A program made the position numbers and the translations under genes. A DNA stretch of 64,000 nt from Tubulanus polymorphus (lineage: Eukaryota; Animalia; Nemertea). A model generated the notes under the pieces. It had not been told where the DNA came from. It searched no databases and worked only from the letters and a program-made list of their open reading frames with translations. Positions 30,201 to 64,000 of the stretch are shown piece after piece (the stretch's first letter is position 1; each line of letters starts with the position of its first letter). The stretch is taken from assembly GCF_964204645.1 (NCBI RefSeq), contig NC_134033.1, positions 14,702,655-14,766,654 on the forward strand. The letters run 5' to 3'.

Positions 30201-32899
30201 TTGCTTTTTCTTCAAGGTCTTTTGCACCCTTCTTTTCAGCTACTTCCTTAGTTTTTTCCGCCTTTTCAGATTCTTTTTCCTTCTCTTTTACCTCTCCTTT
30301 AACTTTTGTCACCTCCTTTTTGGCCTCTTCCACCTTTGCTTTATCTTCGGGTTTATTTGATTCTGCAGCCTTCGTTTCTGCTTCGGCAACTTTTTTAGTT
30401 GCATCTATTTTCTTCTTTTCAGCGGCCTTGAGATCATCATCAATTTTATCTGATTTATCTTCTTTTGACTCTTTCTTGCTTTCCTTTTCAGTTGCTACTT
30501 TATTTTTGTCCTCTTTGGTTTTTTCAATTTTCTTTTCAATTTTCACCTCAGATGCTTTAAGGGCTTCCACCTTCGTTTTATCCGCTGGACTTCCAGATGC
30601 GTTTGCCTTACTTTCAGCTTCTTCTATTTTCTTTTCAATGTCAACCTTCTTTTTTTCTTCGCCCTTAATTTTTTCATCAGCTTTCTTTGCTTGTTTTTCG
30701 ACATCTTTGTCACCTTTTTTCTCAACATTATTTTCAGCCTTCTTCAACTCTTTGACCTTTGCTTTGTCTTCCGGCTTTCCAGATTCCTTTGCTTTCTTCT
30801 CTGCCTCTTTAACCTTCTTCTCTGCCACCTTCTTCTCTTTTTTATCTTCCTCGATTTTCTTAGGTGCTTCCGCCGTTTCATTTTTCGTTCCATTTTCAGC
30901 TTTTTCTACTGCCTCATCTTTTTTCTTTTCAGCATCTTCTGCTTTTTTTTCTAATTTCTTTACTTCGTTCATGTCCTCTTGTTTCCCTGATTCCGAAGCT
31001 TTTTTCTCAGCCTTCTCTAGTTTTGAGGCAAGAACCTCGACCTTCTCTTCGGCCTTCTTCTCTGATTTAGCAGTCTCATTTCCAGCTTTTGTCTCATTTG
31101 TGGCAGATCCGCTGGTTTCAGCAGATGGTTTCGTCTCATTTCCAGCTTTCGACTCATTTTTAACAGACTCACTTGTTTCAGCAGAAGGTTTAGTCTCATT
31201 TCCAGTTTTCGTCTCATTTTTGGTAACCTCGCTTGATTCAGCAGTTGATTTTGTTTCATTTTCACCTTTTCCTTTCTCGCCTACTTTTGCTTTTTCCTTC
31301 ATCTCTGTCTTTTTAGATGCTTCGTCTAATTTACTGGTTGCTTTAACAACCTTTTCTCTTTCTTCTAGTGCTTTTTTCGTATTTTCCTTGATGTCTTTTT
31401 CTGCTTCGGTGGCTTTCTTTGTCATATCAGCTTTGCCCCCTTTTGATTTGATTAGATTTATAAGATCTGTAGTCAAATCAGCCAGGAACTGCATCTTCGT
31501 TGTAATCTTTGTTGTCATATCATCTAATTCCAATGCCTGTAACAATCATGTATGACGTACATTTTCGGAATCTTGTAGAACATAGTGTGTTGTAATTGTA
31601 TCAGGATTTTACCTTGTTATCGGCAGCAACTTTTGTTTCTGCAGCCACCCAGGTATGAGCCATATCCTCAGGCGATTTAGATTTTTCTGCTTTTGTTTTC
31701 GCCGCATTGTAGGCAACCTCTAATTGCTTGGATTGATCCCTGACACTAGCCACTTGTTTTGAGAGTTCTTTGACGATTCCAAGTAAAATACCAACCTTAA
31801 AGAATTTAGATTAACAATGACTTAGGCCTACTCATATCATACAACTTGTTAGAATGATCGACTCAAGTCTCAAACTAGTCTCTTAATGTATTTGAACTTA
31901 TCAGAATGATGTCACAATACACTTCCTGCCTTACGTTTTTCTTGGTTTGTTGAATTTCTTTCAATAGCTTATCTGGATCTTGTGTTTTGTAAATCTTCAT
32001 CTTTTCTTCTTTTTCCTTTTGTAATTTGACAACGTTCATCATCATCCAGCCTTCTCCCAAAACTGAAACGAACATTTCGATAATATTTCGACTTAATACA
32101 TATTTACTTTCTGGTAACATACACCGGAGAATATGAATTGTAATTGAGCACGAGTCATCAATTGAGGAACGTGTGCAGGAAAACTATTAACAATCAGAGA
32201 TGCACCATCTATAATGAAGCTACCTTTTGTACATTGTTTACGTGTCTGCGTGAGGCTTACGTCAGGAAATTTCACTCCAGTGTTGACTACCGTACCAGCA
32301 CTCTTAGTAGCATTAGTTGAAGCATCTACAAATGGCATATTCTTATGACTTAGTCAGATAAAACGTATTATGAAATAATTCACCATCAACATTATGATAT
32401 TGTAACAAATGCAACAAAGATCAGTAATATATTTGCAAATGGTTTGCATTTTTCATCGTCTTAAATCAATCGCGATACGTAAGAATCGTGTCTTTTTATT
32501 GATAATTACCGGTAATAACGACGCGTTCGCATTGTCCTTTAGAGTCCAGTTTATATCCGGTCGAACACTGTATAGCAGGCTTCATCATCGCAGCATCTGT
32601 ATATGAACATGAAGTATCCCGTCATAAAAAAATCATTCCGGTACAGTAATACAGTTACATTACATAACTTTGGTACAGTCATCTAATATGGCAATTTTGC
32701 TGTTCTTATGATCTAAAATTTGCTCTGCTTATTGAACTGACTAAAAACAACAATAGCGAATCGATTCTTTTCTTTAGGGTGATATTTTACTGTAGACCTG
32801 TAGAATTTGGCCCTGTACATCTATCATTTGTTTACCTTTTGCAGAGGAAACTGCAGCTGAGGAGATGACTAGCATCAGCACTAAGCCAAGCCTTGTCAT
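13861..32899 (-). CDS. Giant secreted Lys/Glu-rich repeat protein, ~4,829 aa, 24 coding exons, family not recognised
   Basis: Exons 5'->3': 32836-32899, 32510-32596, 32261-32325, 32123-32183, 31935-32062, 31613-31795, 29404-31536, 28870-29304, 28517-28783, 28223-28439, 26894-27891, 25689-26823, 25307-25620, 17329-24808, 17068-17118, 16911-16979, 16278-16328, 16018-16068, 15691-15738, 15571-15591, 14869-15200, 14596-14649, 14238-14393, 13861-13950. All introns are GT-AG with compatible phases; total 14,490 nt, open to TAA. Starts with signal peptide MTRLGLVLMLVISSAAVSSA; AATAAA lies ~100 nt after the stop. A few donors (28517, 31935, 14238) have alternatives. Confidence 0.85.
15571..17118 (-). 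CDS. Giant protein C-terminal microexon cluster (six 21-69 nt phase 1-1 exons; four encode two-Cys loops)
   Basis: Translations VNCPDGFQPLNKRFCAA / RFSLPRSWKDCPPKWHLIDGACI / KKPNANAMYGFVSKSTF / VYSCDPLYKPMNGMCAK / EFKCPRGWNLYGDLCI / SKGNSMK, each bounded by yag and gtaagt/gtaagc/gtatgt. Confidence 0.8.
17329..24808 (-). CDS. Giant protein exon 14, 7,480 nt, contains the 97-aa tandem array
   Basis: ORF 17204..24796; acceptor tttttttttag|TTA AAA ACG, donor TGC ACA G|gtatgt. Confidence 0.93.
17552..23539 (-). repeat. Coding tandem array: 21 units of 291 bp (three are 258 bp); a diverged unit precedes it to ~23830
   Basis: 291-bp periodicity is visible directly and in the spacing of the shadow ORFs (17734, 18025, 18316, 18607...). 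33-bp deletions near 18990, 20120 and 21250. Confidence 0.97.
25307..29304 (-). CDS. Giant protein exons 8-13 (KE/KA-rich helical region)
   Basis: ORFs 28861..29319, 28469..28843, 26837..27907, 25645..26616 and 25247..25597, plus exon 28223-28439, linked by short GT-AG introns in phase. Confidence 0.88.
29404..31536 (-). CDS. Giant protein exon 7 (711 codons, KE-rich, NET sequon repeats)
   Basis: ORF 29392..31545; ttacag|GCA and AAG|gtaaag, phase 0-0. Confidence 0.9.
31075..31265 (-). repeat. 60-bp (20-aa) coding repeat rich in N-E-T/S sequons, ~3 copies
   Basis: gtctcatttccag recurs at ~31074, 31134 and 31194; protein KNETKTGNETKPSAETSESVKNESKAGNETKPSAETSGSATNETKAGNET. Confidence 0.85.
32836..32899 (-). 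CDS. Giant protein signal-peptide exon (MTRLGLVLMLVISSAAVSSAK)
   Basis: ttttcttag| acceptor at 32913, ccaagATG, basic residue then hydrophobic core and small-residue cleavage site, AAAG|gtaaac donor. Confidence 0.8.
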
Positions 32900-33360
32900 C
32901 TTGGCTGGTCACCCTAAGAAAATGTTAAAGAAAAATGTATTCATTGCACCGGGTAATGAAGGTGTCTAACACAACATCGTATTTTTTCATATCCTATGAT
33001 AAATTTGTTGAACACATTTTGGATAAGGTTTACCTCTGATTAAGCCCATCTATCCGAATGCTCTAGTAAAGTTCGCTAGTTCGATTTGACATTTTGAAAA
33101 ACGATGCCTATCTTGATTCTTTTATTGATTACAAAATGGAGAATAACTAGACTAGGCTAGCTGGGCTTGAGGTCTGTCATGTTGTAATTAGGGTCTGAAA
33201 CCCTTGTTGTATCAAAACATTTATCGCAATTAAGGGAAACTTTACTCAAACCTTACTTTACCCAACATTTATTTCAACTTTATTCGACTTGAAATGTGGC
33301 TCATATTTAACAAATGATACAATTAAAAGTCACATATAAACCACGGAAAATGAATTTTAC

Positions 33361-33420
33361 CTGCTTTTTCCTGTGGGCCGGCGAAACTTCAGTACGAAAT
33401 TTACACGATCAGCAAGAATT
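33361..33420 (-). promoter_or_regulatory. Probable non-coding first exon/promoter of the giant-protein gene (5' limit uncertain)
   Basis: CAG|gtaaaa donor at 33361/33360, upstream of the ATG exon, which itself begins at an acceptor. Confidence 0.35.
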
Positions 33421-34359
33421 ACAATCACCGACTAATCCCAACACGTGCGCCTGGTCCCACTTGTTGTCCAACGCGTTGTTGCCTCCTGCCCGATAGCGCC
33501 GAGCAAATTCAATAGAATATCGGCAGCAATTACCCGTTAATTTCTAGTTAGAACAATTAAAACTATCGGATCTCTAGTTTCTATCGGTAATCCGGTATTT
33601 TTTGCAGTGTTAAACAGACGCTGAAGTGGCTAATTACGGATTCGAATGAAAATCTATAACAATTTGGCTGACACCATCATATTTTTAAAATCATTGGTAG
33701 ATTAAAATATTTGGTATTTCTATTTCGCAGTTCAATACAATACCACCTGTGAATTTACTGAAGCATATCTTTTACGTTTACCGAATTATTTTGATAGCGC
33801 CCATGGATGAATATTCTAAGTGTTTAAAAACAGCTTCTTCCATTTTTTTCACCGTCGCGTGCGTAGCTAGGCATTGCTGTGTCTTAAACTGTGACGTCAA
33901 CGGATCCAAACTTTGAGTTGCTTCTGTTGCAAGGACGGTCGAGACAGGTTCATTCTGTAGCGTTGAACTTCAATACCGGACCCGTATACGATTGCATTTA
34001 TCTTGCGTTTCAAAGAAATTAACACAGTCGTTCGTAGCGATTCTCAATATTCAATGAGATTCTTTACTTTCTGTATCGTAAGCCAAAGATGCCATTTTCG
34101 AAATGGTCGATATTATGATAGCTATGTTTCAACGCCTAGTTTTGTATATACCTGTTGACGTCAAGAATCGCGAATCGCGGCTTTTGGTCTGTGGAGTTGG
34201 AGGACCGCGTTATGAACTAGAAGCAATCGTTCATCGAATCTTTATTCGCTCATAAAACTGACTTACTTCGTCCGTTTACAATCTATGAGATAAAAGTTAT
34301 TCTCGAATTCCGAATTTAACTTTTAAAAAAAACGGAATTTCATCAAATCAAATTTTTGA

Positions 34360-34465
34360 TTTTCTAATGTGCCAATGACCTAAAAGGTTAATGGCACATG
34401 AGAAAACTTAAATTCAGATTTTTCAATGCGGCATTGACCTAAAGGTAATAAGCACATTAGAAAAA
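34360..34465. repeat. Tandem pair of ~47-bp hairpins with 13-bp perfect outer inverted repeats
   Basis: ttttctaatgtgccaatgacct-aa-aaggttaatggcacatgagaaaa, repeated in diverged form; ends ttttctaatgtgc / gcacattagaaaa. Confidence 0.7.
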
Positions 34466-34837
34466 TTCAGATAAAGATTCGTCGGATGATTTCCCGTGTA
34501 TGAATTTGAATTAGAATCTTATTTTCACCTATCTGAAATCCTCCTACGAATTTTCACTTCTAAACACAACAGACGCAACATTTGTATTACGTGATATACC
34601 GAGGTTTTGTCGTTGTTAATCATATCAAACTCAATACAATTGTAACGTAAATAGGATGCTAATCGTACATATGGGATGGATCTTTTCAAAATCCTACCAG
34701 CCTCTCGAAGTACCTCTTCTGTCACCAGTGTATTATAGCATAACAAGCCACCCGTTAAACGTCGAAGGGCGGAGTCGATTCAGTTGCACCAATTAAACAA
34801 ACAAAAAATTAACAAGTTCTTAACAAAAACATTTTCG

Positions 34838-34843
34838 TTTATT
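34838..34843 (-). terminator. Probable polyadenylation signal of the EGF receptor gene (3'UTR ~1.6 kb)
   Basis: AATAAA on the - strand followed by a T/GT-rich tract (tttttgttaag, tttttgtttgttt). Confidence 0.5.
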
Positions 34844-36405
34844 AAATCAATATCGTTATCACTATTTACACGGATTCACTAAGGCCTTTTTAATGACAAA
34901 TACTTAAGTCTTTCTAACTCTATCGACACATAAACGCGATTATTCTATTCAATGAATCGATTGCGTAATATTTACACTATATAAAAATTCGTTATTCTCC
35001 ATCGACGACACAGAAATTCGAAGCTACCAGAAACAACTATATACATACAATTCATCATTAAAACATTTCGTAAACGCGAAGACAATATTAGTAAAACAAT
35101 GTTTAAAAGCAGAGATGAGTTTATCGACGCGGTATATCCACTAACCGACATAATCTACTGTAAAATGCACTACCTTGTCGATGCAGGGTTTAGTTGGCTG
35201 AATTAGCCAAAAATGCAATAGGGAGAAAACAAGATTCGAGGTTCTTTTTTCGCCGCACAATATAACAAGAACATTTAACAAGCCATTTTAATGAGAGGTT
35301 TTTAAAATTCTGATCAGTCAGTCAGATCAGTCAGTAGCCAGCTGTTTTAGAGATAATCGTCTTTAAACACACTTTTGAGTATAAACGCTTTAATCTTTGT
35401 TCACAACGCTAAGCCTCGCAGAAGAAACAATGCATGACAATCAGCTATCTAATCATATTTGGCTAGTGATACGTGTCATGTACCCGAGAATTTCACCGTC
35501 AACTCTCGTACGTAATTATACGATATGTACTTGTACAAATTACTTATTAATATGATATATAATGTATCTATATATTGTATTTTAATAACAACTATTTACA
35601 GATGAAATACTGAATTCTTTGTATTTTTATGAATACATTCTTGGTATACATGTATGTACATACGCAGTATGAAATATCGGATTTTCTAAATCGTAGTTCT
35701 ATAAATCGTTGCTTTACTCAACATACGTCATCGTCACTGGGCCGCCACCTTTCGCAATATCGTAGTACCAACAATTTCAGGGCCATTTTCTTCGAAAAGG
35801 TTTGACACATGAATCCGTGTTAGTATCTTCATTCATCCAGCTTTTAAAGTTTAGAAAAAAAAATATCCAAATACTTAAAAAGCAAGAATGCAACCACTGA
35901 AAATCTTCATTTTCAAAGTGCGATCAAAATTAACATTTTGATAGTTGTGTTTCTTGCACTTCTTTAATAATTCAGCTTTAATTTGTCAGGTAGATTTAGG
36001 AGTCAATTTTGCTTACAACACTGGACTGTATTCATTTCTTCGATAGATTCTAATCTCAACTTTTATGTTTGGCACAAACAACGGAGTATTGTATCGTACC
36101 GTACGTATGTTTGAAAACATACCAAGCGCTATAGCACAAATAACACCTCGGTACTTAGATTGCTCCCTTCGACGGCCCGATACGGAACTCACTTCCTCGG
36201 TGACCGATCATACCCCCCCCCCTACCGGGTCTATATTATTAGTTATTTGAGAACTAGTTATCGCAGTTATTCAGTCATACGATGGTCGACGATGTTGCTT
36301 TTTAACTGCTGGTTCGGCGGCATCTGGAAACTGTTGTCGTGTGTCACGGTTCGTGTGGCCCCATCCACCTCTCTGTCGGATACAGTTTTCCAAATACCGG
36401 TTCAG

Positions 36406-63790
<27,385 letters not shown>

Positions 63791-64000
63791 CTGCAATTAA
63801 CAAATGAAACGAACTTCTCGGTAATTAACTATTCGTGCGAGGGTCCCTTTTCTAGATATCCCCCATTTGAAACGCCTTCGCTCGTTGCGAGATTCGTCCA
63901 GTGTAAACGTGAAAGCAAAATCAGGAAACATTTTCGTGCCCGATAAAGGCGTGGAATTACTTTTTGAGAAATTGAAGACGTTCATGGAATTGACTTATGA

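Noticed and set aside
34838-36405. K-box/Brd-box/GY-box motifs in the EGF gene 3'UTR
   Set aside because: I found none in sense orientation; the AGCTTTA near 35973 is on the opposite strand.

Overview
Intron-containing animal genomic DNA (AT-rich, invertebrate-like; the species cannot be determined from sequence alone). I rebuilt three spliced genes by hand from GT-AG sites and phase continuity. (1) + strand, CDS 4341-11976: an Arx/aristaless paired-class homeobox gene of 569 aa with an eh1/octapeptide, a Q50 homeodomain and an OAR motif. (2) - strand, CDS 13861-32899, tail-to-tail with Arx: a 24-coding-exon gene for an unrecognised ~4,830-aa secreted protein. It has a signal peptide, short Cys modules confined to both ends, N-glycosylation sequon clusters and a ~4,400-aa Cys-free K/E-rich helical core. 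The core includes 21 near-identical 97-aa, charge-neutral helix-turn-helix repeats inside one 7.5-kb exon. This is the best candidate for an undescribed system (a secreted structural, mucus, glue or tube polymer; function is inference). (3) - strand, 36406 to beyond 63790, 5' end outside the window: a single-pass receptor with a phytocyanin/ephrin-like N-terminal domain, 7 EGF repeats, a TM helix and a short tail (DNER/Weary-like, resembling the EYS N-terminus). It has a 16.8-kb intron and a 3'UTR rich in Pumilio sites. Also present: Harbinger-like MITEs with CWG target-site duplications, other short TIR elements, and micro- and minisatellites. No tRNA, rRNA or CRISPR seen.
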